NCBI GenBank assembly: GCA_030390025.1
Contig: CM059432.1
Coordinates: 24,988,001-25,052,000, forward strand
Direction of reading: 5' to 3'
Length of the DNA stretch: 64,000 nt
DNA from: Squalus acanthias
Taxonomy: Eukaryota
Positions 48,963 to 60,620 of the stretch are shown here, piece after piece. The notes beneath the pieces were generated by a model that searched no databases, was not told the origin of the DNA, and worked only from the letters and a program-made list of their open reading frames with translations. Numbering within the stretch: the stretch's first letter is position 1; the number at the start of each line of letters is the position of its first letter. Both the position numbers and the translations under genes were made by a program.

Positions 48963-51900
48963 ATGGCCAGAGTAAATAATAATTCTAAAAGGTCTAAGAG
49001 TGTTAAAAAAACAAGCTTGAAGGCTTTATGTCTTAATGCGAGGAGCATTCGTAATAAGGTGGATGAATTAGCTGTGCTAATAGAGGTAAACGGCTATGAT
49101 TTGATTGGGATTACGGAGACATGGCTCCAGGGTGACCAAGGCTGGGAATTCAATATCCAGGGGTATTCGATATTCAGGAAAGACAGGCAAAAAGGAAAAG
49201 TAGGTGGGGTAGCATTGCTGGTTAAAGAGGGGATTAACACAATTGTAAGGAAGGATATTAGCTCTGATGATGTGGAATCCGTATGGGTAGAACTAAGAAA
49301 TACCAAGGGGCAGAAAACATTAGTGGGAGTGGTATACAGACCCCCAAACAGTAATGCAGAGGTTGGGGATGGCATTAAACAGGAAATTAGAGACGCGTGC
49401 AATAAGGGCACAGCAGTTATCATGGGTGACTTAATCTACATATAGATTGGGCTAACCAAATTACAGGAAACTCTTTATTAACCGGCACCGATGGGACCGG
49501 CGTGGTGCCGGTTAATCAAAAAGTCCGGATAACGGAGAGTTATATCTCCCAACGTACGAGAGCCCCGTACACATTGACATGCGCCTGCATTCGGAGCTCC
49601 GTCTCCCCGGGGACCGCCAGCTGACCATCTGTCGTGTCCGCTGCCTACCCGGGCTGCACATTCCCCTCCCAATCTACACGCTCCGATACAAGGCAAACGC
49701 CTCGGGTTTTTTTTTTAAGTTAATTTTAAACGAGAGATGAAGGAAAACCCCTGTTACCTACTCAAGAATTATGCCGGTTAAGAGAGATTTCCGGATATTT
49801 GGGTGCCGGTTAATAAAGAGTTTCCTGTAGTAACAATACTGTGGAGGAGGAATTCCTGGAGTGTATACGGGATGTTTTCCTGGACCAATATGTCAAGGAA
49901 CCAACTAGAGACCAGGCCATTTTAGACTGGGTATTATGTAAAGATAAAGGATTAATTAGCAATCTTGTTGTGTGGGGCCCTTTGGGACGGAGCGATCATA
50001 ATATGATAGAATTCTTCATTAAGATGGAGAATGAAATAGTTGACTCAGAGACTAGGGTCCTGAATTTAAATAAAGGAAACTACGATTGCATGAGGCACAA
50101 GTTGGCTAGGATAGATTGGAGAATGTTACTCAAAGGGTTGACGGTGGATGGGCAATGGCAAACATTCAAAGATCGCATGGATGAACTTCAGAATTTGTTC
50201 ATCCCTGTCTGGCATAAAAATAAAACAAAAAAGGTGACTCAACCATGGCTGACAAGGGAAATCAGGGATAACATAAGATCCAAGGAGAGTACATATAAAT
50301 TGACCAGAAAAAGCAGTAAACCTGAGGATTGGGAGCAGTTTAGGATTCAGCAAAGGAGGACAAAGGGATTAATTAAGAAGGGGAAAATAGAGTATGAGCG
50401 TAAGCTTGCAGGGAACATAAAAACTGACTGTAAAAGCTTTTATAAATATGTGAAGAGAAAAAGATTGGTGAAGTCAAGTGTAGGTCCCTTGCAGTCAGAA
50501 TCAGGGGAATTTATAATGGGGAACAAAGAAATGGCAGGCCAATTAAACACATACTTTGGCTCTGTCTTCACAAAGGAGAACACAAATAACCTCCCAGAGA
50601 TGTCGGGGAACATAGGGTCTAATGAGAGGGAGGAACTGAATGAAATCAGTATTTGTAGGGAAATGGTGTTCGGGAAATTGAAGGCATTAAAGGCCGATAA
50701 ATCCCCAGGGCCTGATAATCTACATCCTAGGGTACTTAAGGAAGTGGCCCTAGAAATAGTAGATGCATTGCTGGTCATCTTCCAAAATTCTACAAACTCT
50801 GGGACAGTTCCCATGGATTGGAGGGTAGCTAATGTTACCCCACTGTTCAAAAAAGGTGGTAAAGAAAAAGCAGGGAATTATAAACCGGTAAGCCTGACAT
50901 CGGTTGTGGGGAAAATGTTAGAGTCCATTATAAAAGATGTAATAGCAGAGCACTTGGAAAACAGTGCCAGGATTGGACAAAGTCAACATGGATTTACAAA
51001 AGGTAAATCGTGCTTGACTAATCTACTGGAATTTTTTGAGGATGTTACTGATAGAATAGATAAGGGAGAACCAGTGGATATGGTATATTTGGACTTTCAG
51101 AAGGCTTTCGGTACGGTCCCGCATAAGAGATTAGCATGTAAAGTTAAGGCACATGGGATTGGGGGCAAGGTACTGACTTGGATAGAGAACTGGTTGGCAG
51201 ACAGGAAGCAAAGAGTTGGAATAAACGGGTCTTTTCCGAGTGGCAGGCAGTGACTAGTGGGGTTCCGCAGGGATCGGTCCTAGGACCCCAGCTATTCACT
51301 ATATATATTAATGATCTAGACGAGGGAACTAGATGTAATATCTCCAAGTTTGCAGATGACACAAAGCTGGGTGGGCGTGTGTGCTGCGAGGAGGATGCCG
51401 AGAAACTCCAGTATGATTTGGACAGGTTGGGTGATTGGGCAGATGCATGGCAGATGCAGTATAATGTGGATAAATGCGAGGTTATCCACTTTGGTGGCAA
51501 AAACAGAAAGGCAGATTATTATCTGAACGGCATTAGATTGGGAGAAGGGGAAGTGCAGCGAGACCTGGGTGTCCTTGTGCACCAGTTGCTGAAGGTAAGC
51601 ATGCAGGTACAGCAGGCGGTTAAGAAGGCAAATGGTATGTTGGCCTTCGTAGCGAGAGGGTTTGAGTACAGGAACAAGGATGTCTTGCTGCCGCTGTACA
51701 GGGCCTTGGTGAGACCACACCTTGAGTATTGTGTGCAGTTTTGGTCGCCTTATCTGAGGAAGGGTGTTCTTGCCATGGAGGGTGTGCAGCGAAGATTCAC
51801 CAGACTGATACCTGGGATGGCAGGAATGACGTACGAGGAGAGATTGGGTCGATTGGACTTATACTCGCTGGAGTTTAGAAGAATGAGAGGAGATCTTATT

Positions 51901-52177
51901 GAAACTTACAGGGCTAGACAGACTGGATGCAGGAAGGATGTTCCCGATGGCGGGTGAGTCCGGAAAAAGAGGTCACAGTCTAAAGATAAGGGGTAAGCCA
52001 TTTAGGACAGAGATGAGGAGGAATATCTTCACCCAGAGAGTGGTGAACCTGTGGAATTCTCTACCACAGAAGGCAGTTGAGGCCAAGTCAGTAAATATAT
52101 TCAAGAAGGAGTTGGATATATTTCTTAAGGCTAAAGGTATCAAGGGATATGGGGAGAAGGCAGGTACAGGGTACTGA
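48963..52177 (+). pseudogene. CR1 ORF2 (APE and RT), disrupted
   Basis: Same motifs as the first copy, FADD at 51349; -1 frameshifts near 49430 and 51232, MITE insertion, short deletion near 51908. Confidence 0.95.
49464..49827. mobile_element. Tc1/mariner-pogo (Tigger-like) MITE, 364 bp
   Basis: Perfect 26-bp TIR CAGGAAACTCTTTATTAACCGGCACC; TA TSD; empty site ccaaatTAgtaac in the paralogous CR1 at 25071-25083. Confidence 0.95.
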
Positions 52178-52272
52178 GTTTGGATGATCAGCCATGATCT
52201 CATCGAATGGCGGAGCAGGCTCGAGGGGCCGAATGGCCTACTCCTGCTCCTATCTTCTATGTTTCTATGTTT

Positions 52273-52890
52273 CCATGTATGTGAATGGTGTGTGTGTGTA
52301 CATGTTTGTGAATGGTGTGTGTGTATGTGAATGGTGTGTGTGTGTATGTGAATGGTTTGCATGTGTGTGCATGTATGTGAATAGTGAGCATGTTTGCGTG
52401 CGTGTATGTGAATAGTGGGTGTGTGTGCATGCGTGTATGTGAATGGTGTGTGTGTGTGTATGTGAATGGTGTGTGTATGTGAATGGTGTGTATGTGAATG
52501 GTGTGTGTATGTGAATGGCGTGTATGTGAATGGTGTGTGTGTATGTGAATGGTTTGCATGTGTGTGCGTGTATGTGAATAGTGGGCATGTGTGTGTGCGT
52601 GCATGTGTGAATGTTGTGTGTGTATGTGAATGGTGTGCGTGGATGTGAATGGTATGCGTGCATGTATGTGAATGGTGTGTGTGTGCGTGCATGTATGTGA
52701 ATGATGTGTGTGCATGTGCACGTGAATGGTGTGCGTGCATGTATGTGAATGCTGTGCGTGTGTGCATGTATGTGAATGGTGTGCATGTGCGTGCATGTAT
52801 GTGAATGGTGTGCATGTATGTGAATGGTGTGTGTGTGTCTACACGTGTTTGTGAATGGTGTGAGTGTGTGCATGTGTGTGTGGCGTGTGT
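52273..52890. repeat. TG-rich minisatellite, right part
   Basis: Same units as 48449-48899. Confidence 0.95.
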
Positions 52891-53033
52891 ATTTTTAGCT
52901 GAACTTTTTAAGAATTGGATTGGCACTGATGTTTCCATGTTTCAATACCCTGCAGTGTAGAATGTGGGATTACAAGACAGAAGTCCGCATTAATATCTTT
53001 GTATTCTGTGTGATGGAGGCTAACACAGACATT

Positions 53034-53866
53034 GAGGGGAATTTTAACCCCCAAAAACAGGTGGGTTGGGTTCAGGTGGGAGGTTAAAGAGTTAAAAATC
53101 TGAATCCCGACTCCACTTCCAACCCACCCACTTCCGGTTTTAAAGGATGCGGGACGGGTCGAGCAGCCAATCCAATGGCAGGAAGGGTGTTGGCACTTTA
53201 AACATTATAATGAGGCTCCGTGCCTCATGGTAATCCACCATTTTAAATTTAACTCTGGCTGGTCGGGTTTCCCGGGCCTCAGGGAACCCATCTGCTAAAG
53301 GGAGGCGAGGTCTGATGGAACAAGTGCCTTTCCACTTGCCAGCTAGATCCAGCATTCCTGCCCCGCCAACCTCCCCCAATCAGACACACGCCCGACCCTA
53401 TTGATCTCCCCCTGAGCTCTCACTGAGGCCTCCGAACCCCCCCCCCCCCCCCACCACTCCCTCCCACTGGAATGAGGCTTCCGATCACCCCACCAGCCTT
53501 CCAACCTCCCCCCTCCGGCCCCCGATCAGTCTCTGACCTCCCCCTCCGGCCCTTGCTCACCCTCTGGCCTTCCAACCTCCCCCTCTGACCCCGATCGCCT
53601 TCCAACCTCCCCCCTCCGGCCCCCGATCACCCTCCGGCCCCCAATCCCCCTCCGACCTCTAATCACTCCCTCTCCCCTCTCTGCGGCCTGGTGCCGCAGG
53701 CCTACCCACCTGGGAGTCAGACTTCCTCTCCATCTGGCTGGCTGTGGACAGGAAACAGTGATTCCAAATACTAACTAGGCCCTGGGCTTCCCGACCGCTT
53801 TCCAGCCATCCCCAGCCCCGCGCCCACCCACCACTCCCTTCCCGCCTCCAAATTAAAATTCCGGTC
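53034..53866. mobile_element. Harbinger-type MITE (family B)
   Basis: TIRs GAGGGGAATTTTAA and rc GACCGGAATTTTAA; TSD ATT/ATT; internal C-rich repeats at 53430-53660. Confidence 0.8.
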
Positions 53867-54159
53867 ATTGTCTCAGTTCCCACATGAAGCATGGGCATTT
53901 GGGGAAGTTAGCATGGAGACTCTGCACTCTGAACCTACCCCATGATAAGTCTGTGCCTTCAGCAGAGGAGGGGACAAAATTGGAAGGCTCCAAAAAAATC
54001 TGCTTATTCAATTTTACTGTTTAAAAAGCAACAATATTGTTTTCACTGGTTTAAGAAATGGATATGGAGCATCTTTATAGTAGTGAACACTATTCTTGCC
54101 TGTTCAGCATTAATTTACATTCCTGTTTAAAGTCCATAAGAAATCTGTGATCTTTTGTG

Positions 54160-54672
54160 TCAGCTGTGACTCAGTGGGTAGCACCCTCACCTCTGAGTCA
54201 GAAGGTTGTGGGTTCATAGTCCCACTCCAGAAACTTGAGCACAAAAATCTAGGCTGACACTCCAGTGCAGTGCTGAGGGAATGCTGCACTGACGGAGGTG
54301 CCGTCTTTCAAATGAGACATTAAACCGTGATTCCAAATACTAACTAGGCCCTGGGCTTCCCGACGGCTTTCCAGCCATCCCCGGCCCCCCTGCTCTCTCA
54401 GGTGTTTGTAAAAGATCCCATGGCACTATTCCAAAGAAGAGTAGGGTAGTTAACCCTGGTGTCCTGGCCAATATTTATTCCTCAATCAACATCATTAAAA
54501 AAGATTATCTGGTCATTATCACATTGCTGTTTGTGAGAGCTTGCTGTGCACAAATTGGTTGCTCTATTTCCTACATTACAACAACTTCAGAGAGTATTTA
54601 ATTGGCTATGAAGCACTTTGAGATGTCCAGTGGTCATGAAAGGTGTTATATAAATGCAAGTCTTTCTTTCTA
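54160..54672 (+). mobile_element. Full-length SacSINE1/DeuSINE with a foreign insert at 54327-54388
   Basis: tRNA head, Deu domain and tail aaaggtgttatataaatgcaagtctttctttc. Confidence 0.9.
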
Positions 54673-54759
54673 TCTTTGCCCTTTCCACTCTCTTAGGTTT
54701 TCACCTTCATGCTACAGCTATCAGATAGCGATGGGGGTGGGGGAAGTAGATGAGGCTGA

Positions 54760-54935
54760 ATTATATTGGTGAGGAAGTGCTGGAGCCGTACATCTTTGGT
54801 AATCTCCATACCATTTTATGGAGGATGCCTGTGCAGTAAGGAACATGTTGGAAGGAGTTGTCAGGTGTCCTGCAGTGCCTTTGTGGGTGCCATCAATCAA
54901 CGCTGACAGGTACAGGAAAATTACTTTGCATCCAC
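54760..54935 (-). pseudogene. Possible decayed Harbinger transposase fragment (first catalytic D region)
   Basis: Minus strand reads NFP.PVSV-IDGTH-AL with frameshifts, resembling FPxxxGAIDGTH. Confidence 0.35.
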
Positions 54936-55424
54936 AGACCACCTGATGTTTTCTTTGCATATGAAAACATTTTTATGCTGTAGCAAGGAAGCCATTAACA
55001 GCTAATGATTTGTTCCTTGAGGTGGGGTAGTTGTAAGGGGCAGAGACGTAATATTGTGTGTATGTCAATTTTTTTTTTACATTTCTTTTTTTTCCCCTTT
55101 TTATTTTGACCAATTTTCTTAGCAGATTACATCTGTCCAAATTTTCCCCGGGGCAGTAGCCTTCCTCCAGACACTGAAACCAACCCAGAAAAATCTGAGT
55201 CGAATGCAAAGTGAAGGGCAGAGGTCGGGAATGGAAGGGAGCGCAGCTGATACTGCTGACAGCAGGAACCATGCAAGATGAAGGACTTGGATTTGTTCCA
55301 TATTTTACTCTCCGTGGGCATTTGAAGTTCTCGCTGGGAATTTTTTTTTTGTCTACAACACATCTATAATAAAATGTCCACTTCTTATCAACGGCAGCAA
55401 CTTGCCTTTAGGTAGCAAGAGGTA

Positions 55425-56240
55425 AAGAAATAAAGGCCTGCATTTTTATTGTGCTTTTTATGACCTCAGGACATCACAAAGCACTTCGCAGTCAATGGAA
55501 TACTTTTTCAAGTATAGTCACTGTTGCAATGTAGGAAACGCAGCAGCCAATTAGTGCACAGCAAGGTTCCACATACAGCAATGTGCTCATGACCAGATAA
55601 CCTATTTTAGTGGTGTTGGTTGGGAAAATACATATTGGCAGGAAGTTCCTCTGCTCTTCTTCGAAATCGTGCCATAGGCTCTTTTAAATCCACAATCTTT
55701 TAAATTGTTTTCAAATCTCTCCATGGCCTCACCCCTTCCTATCTCTGTAATCTACTCCAGCCCCACAACCCCCCGAGATATCTGCGCTCCTCTAATTCTG
55801 CCCTCTTGTGCATACCTGATTATAATCACTCAACTATTGGTGGCCGTGCCTTCTGTTGCCCGGGCCCTAAGCTCTGGAATTCCCTGCCTAAACCTCTCCG
55901 CATCGCTACCTCTCCTTCCTCCTTTAAGACGCTCCTTAAAACCTACCTCTTTGACCAAGCTTTTGGTCATCTGCACTAATTTATCCTTAGGTGGATCAGT
56001 GTCAAATTTTTTGTCTTAAAATACTCCTGTGCAGCGCCTTGGGATGTTTTACTACGTTAAAGGCGCTATATAAATACAAGTTGTTATTGTTGTTATGTCC
56101 TCCTGTGAGGTCAGACAGGGCTTCGGTTAAGGCCTTACCTAAAGGACAGCATCTCTGACAGTGCAGTACTCCCTCAGCACTGCACTGAAGTGTCAGCCTA
56201 GATTTATGAGAGAGAGCTATCAACTGAGCCATGGCTGACA
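55425..56240 (-). mobile_element. SacSINE1 split by an L2 insertion (pieces 55425-55694 and 56095-56240)
   Basis: rc tail and Deu domain, resuming tcctgtgaggtcagac..gtgcagtactccctcagcactgcactg..actgagccatggctgaca. Confidence 0.8.
55695..56095 (+). mobile_element. L2 LINE 3' end
   Basis: ttttcaaatctctccatggcctc..aaggcgctatataaatacaag plus (gtt)n. Confidence 0.9.
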
Positions 56241-56581
56241 TGTCAAAGGACTGCGAACAGAGAAGTGACTGAAAACATTGTCTAAGAGGTAAGGCTTGAG
56301 TAGCCATTTGCTGAAGGGGAGATAGGTAGTACGGTGGAAGAGTTTAGGGACAGCATTCCAGAACATGGGGTTCAAACAGCTGAAGGTGAAGCAGAGAGAG
56401 AGCAGATACAAAGAAGGACTGCCAAAAGAGCCAATGACGCAATCTGGCACATAGGACCGTAGGAAGTTGCAGAGATAGCGAGGAGTGAGTCTGTGGAGTG
56501 ACGTATCGATGAGGACAAGGATTGGTTTGGAGGTAGGAGACAGAGAGTAGGGATAAATGGTTTGTGCTCTGATTGTCGGTA

Positions 56582-56692
56582 TGTGACAAGTGGTGTTTCC
56601 CAAGGATTTGTACTGGGGCCTCAGCTTTTCACCATATGTATTAATGATGAAGGAATAGAGAGTTGTCTATCCAAGTTTGCAGATGACACTAA
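56582..56692 (+). mobile_element. CR1 RT fragment
   Basis: gtgacaagtggtg..caagga..tactggggcctcag..ccaagtttgcagatgacactaa (GVPQG..KFADDT). Confidence 0.75.
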
Positions 56693-57512
56693 GGCCCAGA
56701 AACTCGATGATGCTTTGCCCATTTTACATGCATAAAACGGGCGTCAAAGCATCCAATATGGGAGGTGGCATATGTGCATGAGCCGGAAGTGCGCCACCCG
56801 CCCTATTAGTATAAAATCAAAGAGGCATCCCATGCCCATGCCCGAAACAGGCGTTAGACCCTTTGCACAAGTAAATAATGGGCCCAACACCTGTTTTGTG
56901 CCTCCTTGAACAAGTTGGTTCGCCCTGAACGCAGTACCAATTCGGGTCAATGCTGCAGGCACCTAATGAGGTCAGCAGCAGGACCATGGCTAATTGATTT
57001 ACCGCCCTTTTTAGTATAGTACAGACGAGCTGCGGGCACAATTCATGCCAATAGAGGTGGCTTGGACACAGCCGAGGGTCTCAGGCGGGTCCGGTGGGAT
57101 GAGGCGATTGGGAGTGGGATGAGAGAAGGCCGGCAGCGGCCCACAGTTTTAATGTGGAGCCAGGAGGTGCACTCCTGCTCCTCCTGGCTCCACAATAAGG
57201 TAAGTAAAAAAAACTTTTAACTTACCTTTCAAGTAGCAGCCTCCAGTGGTCCCTTTAAGGACCCCTGGTTTGGCTGCTGAGTGCCTGCCAAAACTGATGG
57301 CAGCATGCACAGCGGATACTGCGGTCATTCGCAGTCCCATTTTGTAAAGGGGCCTGAAACAGTTTCAGGTGTACACCCTGGATGCCTACGGAGGATCCCT
57401 AACCAATATGGCGGGCGGGGAATGAGCGCCCGCACTCCACTCACCATATTGGACTCTTAGGCACCTATTTTACGCCTGTAAAATGGGCACAGCTCGATCC
57501 AATTTCTAGGCC
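56693..57512. mobile_element. Harbinger-type MITE
   Basis: Ends GGCCCAGAAACTCGAT and ATCCAATTTCTAGGCC; internal hairpin at 57154-57193. Confidence 0.7.
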
Positions 57513-58759
57513 ATGGTGCACTACTAGGAATAACACATTGGTGTTAAATTGATCCACTATATTAATGAACACTTTTGTTAATAGAGCTGACAGCGGAATT
57601 TTATGTCAGTATATTGGTGCATTCATTACTAATATCACTCAGCGTTCAATATTAGTTCAATATGGCCCTGAGTGCTTCAATACATTGATTTACTGAATTT
57701 GCATAATTCAGAGCTGGCTACTCCAGTTCCTCCCAACAGCATACACCCAGTGCTAAAGACTGAGTTGCGTTTCTATTAAAAACACTGATGTTGTAATAAT
57801 TTATGAAAGTGGAGCCACTTTCTATAGACTACTTTATCAACTAAATATTAACGTGCAGTGTGAACACGCCAAAATTCAGCAGAAAGTGCCTTCTAAAATC
57901 AACAGCAAAAATAGAATGGCGAGCTGGTGATGAGATTAAAGGAGAATAAGACAAATGCAGAAAGTTTGAAATAAAAAAAAGTAAATGCCGATAATGCACA
58001 GCAGTGGTAATGCTCAGCTTCAGAGGAGAGGAACGATGGATCTAAGTTCATGGTAGAGCCCCTTCCTCAGAATTTGAGGGAGGGGGCTAAACCATTCAGA
58101 GTTAACGTGCATGTACACCTGACTATATTATCGAATGTATACCTTCCTGGGACATTACACAAGCTGGACAACCTTCAGAGCAATGGCGCTTAGCTATACA
58201 TTTTGGTGTCCTTCCTTATTTGGTACTAAAATAAATTAATAAAGTAAAAACGAGCAAAGGTGCTTATTTCTAATTGTAAATTATGATTATTAAGATGATG
58301 GAGACTCAAGCCCTGAAATTCCATACGGTCAATTGTGCCACAGTTGCACCAATGAGCCATTGATTTTCTGCAGAGGTGAAGCCACCATGACTTGCGGGGT
58401 GAGCTCATATAAATATCCATTTGCGGTTCTTGAGTCCATATCCCATGTAAAACAGGAGTACCGTGCTGGGGGTGCTCGGAAATGAGAGTGCAGCCTTTAA
58501 AAAGTCAATTCTGGCTGAGATTGCAGCAGTAGGCTGGGGGAGTAGCAGGTGCATAGGGAAATGCTTGGTTCACTCAGCTGACTGTTAGGTAGCTGGACTT
58601 TATGGCTCATGTGTGATTTATTCCAACTTTCCAAGAGTGTCTTCCACTGGACGATCTGGCAGAGACAGCCAAAGAAGGAACAAGTGCATTGCAAAGAGGA
58701 ACAAAATGAAACTGGACTCTTTCAAATGAGAAAAACCTGCAAAACCTCTTTGAGGGGAT

Positions 58760-59260
58760 TCAACAAAGGAGAACGAGGAACTTTCAAAGGTCTCCATGGA
58801 AGGAAGCCACAAAAAATCTGACTCATGCCATGCGGAGGGAGGTGGCCCTGGAACTGAGTGCCAACTCTCTCACCTCCCAAACTATAAACCAGTGCCACAA
58901 GAAGTTCAATGATATGATGAGGTCAGACAAGGTAACACAATGTCCATGCTCCCTTTTCTTCCTTAGGCACTTTTGGTGCCAGCATGCTCTTTACCCTCTA
59001 AAATCAAGAGCTTCACATAACCCTTCACACTGCATTCTGGTTAAGGGGTCACTAACGCAGGATCGTACCCTTCATCCACTTTAACAGGGTAATACCAGCA
59101 GATCTCTTACATCAGCTATCTGACGCCACATAGAAGACATTCCTTAATTGCTAGCCTACACCTTATTCACTGGATCCTATTGCAGGAGAAAATTGTACAG
59201 GACATCAGAGGGGTAGCCCCGACAGTAAAGAACTCAACCCCAATGAGAGGCAGTCGGGGG
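58760..59260 (+). pseudogene. Harbinger Myb/SANT protein remnant
   Basis: RREVALELSANSLTSQTINQCHKKFNDMMRSDK | GT-AG intron 58932-59185 | EKIVQ. Confidence 0.75.
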
Positions 59261-60027
59261 CAGTCGGAGACCGTGCATACCTACATCGAGACACTGGGGG
59301 GCTGGGATGTAGGCTGTTATCTCTCCATTCTTTCAATATCTGATAACTGCCACTAGACCAACCAGCAGCGGCCCCCTCTCTGGAGCAAGATGCCATTGGG
59401 TGGAGGTCCACCTCAGTCCCATAAGCCTTTGTAACACAGGATTAGCTATCTATCTCTTGCGATGCTGGCCTTCAGCAGCACCTAAAAGAAGCATTAGGAT
59501 TGGAGAAAGAAAGAATGTTTAGTCACACAGTGTTAGGAAAGTGTAAGTCAACTTCTGCTCACTCTGGAGCTTTTTGCAATAAAGGAGAATGTGCACTTGT
59601 ATTGTGCTTTTTTTATTCGTGAACATTGTAATATAGGAAACGGTGCATTTATTTTGTGCTGACTTAATCAATCAGGTGACTCTTATTGGTTTAGTGACAT
59701 ACGAGCAAAGGAGTCAGATGTACTGCAATGTTCTAGGATGGGTACAAGATTAAAGAAATGCTCCTTTATGGGGAGAGAAGGAGGAACTGTGAGCAGTTTT
59801 GGGCACCACACCTTAGGAAGGACATATTGGCCTTGGAGGGAGCGTAGGTTTACCAGAATGATACCTATGTTCCCAAGTTCCTATGCATATTTCTGGCGGA
59901 TGTTAGCTGCATGCGTGCTAGCGCCTTCACCAAGAAGGTGTCCAGTGCGATTCATGGCAGAAGTGGTCCCTAAACGGCATCCTTAGCGCCAAAACAACGG
60001 ACACTACCGAGCCCAATATGTGCTGGC

Positions 60028-60220
60028 CATGAAATCTGCCGGATTTTTGTCGTTCACTAATGTCCTTCAAGAAGGGAAGTTGTCATCCCTACCCAGTGTA
60101 GCCTACATGTGACTCCAGGTCCACGCTACTTGGTTACTCTTAATGCCCTCAAGGCAACTAGAGATTGGCAATAAATACTGTCTTGCCACTGTTGCTGACA
60201 TCCAAAGTACCAATTAAAAA
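60028..60220 (+). mobile_element. MetaSINE-like 3' part
   Basis: gttcactaatgtccttc..cctacatgtgactccag..tggttactcttaatgccctc..ggcaataaa tail. Confidence 0.65.
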
Positions 60221-60620
60221 ACACTTCACTGATCAGTTGTGCTCTGATGCCCCTTGCAGCCATCACTGAAGAGTCCTCCAAGTGACAGTCACCCTGATGT
60301 TCTCGTCCATGTAATTCTACCACCAAAGTAACTAGGGCCACCTCCCCAGCAATGTCCATGTTCAAACCTTTTTGTATGGAAAAGTTGTGCAGGGCACAGC
60401 AGGCTGCAACTCTGCAGAACACATCAACAGCAGAATACTGCAAAGCCTCTCCAGACCTGCCAAGGCAGCAAAAGCGTTCCTTTAAGACTTTGATGAACCT
60501 CTGGATGATCACTCTGATAGAGGCATGTACTCATTGTAGCACTCCTCCACTGCTGGTCATGCAACTCTGTGAGACGGCTTTATTCATGACAGCGGGGATA
60601 CACCAGGTCATCCCACAAGC
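60218..60620 (-). pseudogene. Harbinger (HARBI1-like) DDE transposase C-terminal remnant
   Basis: ..DLVYP..EECYNE..ASIRVIIQRFIKVLKERFCCLGRSGEALQYS..CCALHNF..IRAQLISEVF. Confidence 0.85.

Larger units (their letters stand above)
48901..52272 (+). mobile_element. CR1 LINE (HER1-like), complete ORF2 region and 3'UTR, 5'-truncated
   Basis: Collinear with and highly similar to 24515-27552; (tttctatg) tail. Confidence 0.95.
47215..53970 (+). mobile_element. AmnSINE2-like SINE fragmented by nested insertions
   Basis: Collinear pieces at 47215-47331, 48341-48450, about 52905-52955 and 53867-53970. Confidence 0.55.

Noticed and set aside
51973..52938. 321-aa His/Thr-rich ORF
   Set aside because: Antisense of the minisatellite plus the CR1 3' end.
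60126..60512. Host HARBI1 gene
   Set aside because: Fragmentary and frameshifted; the catalytic E appears replaced (IIQR) and the ORF end runs into a SINE.
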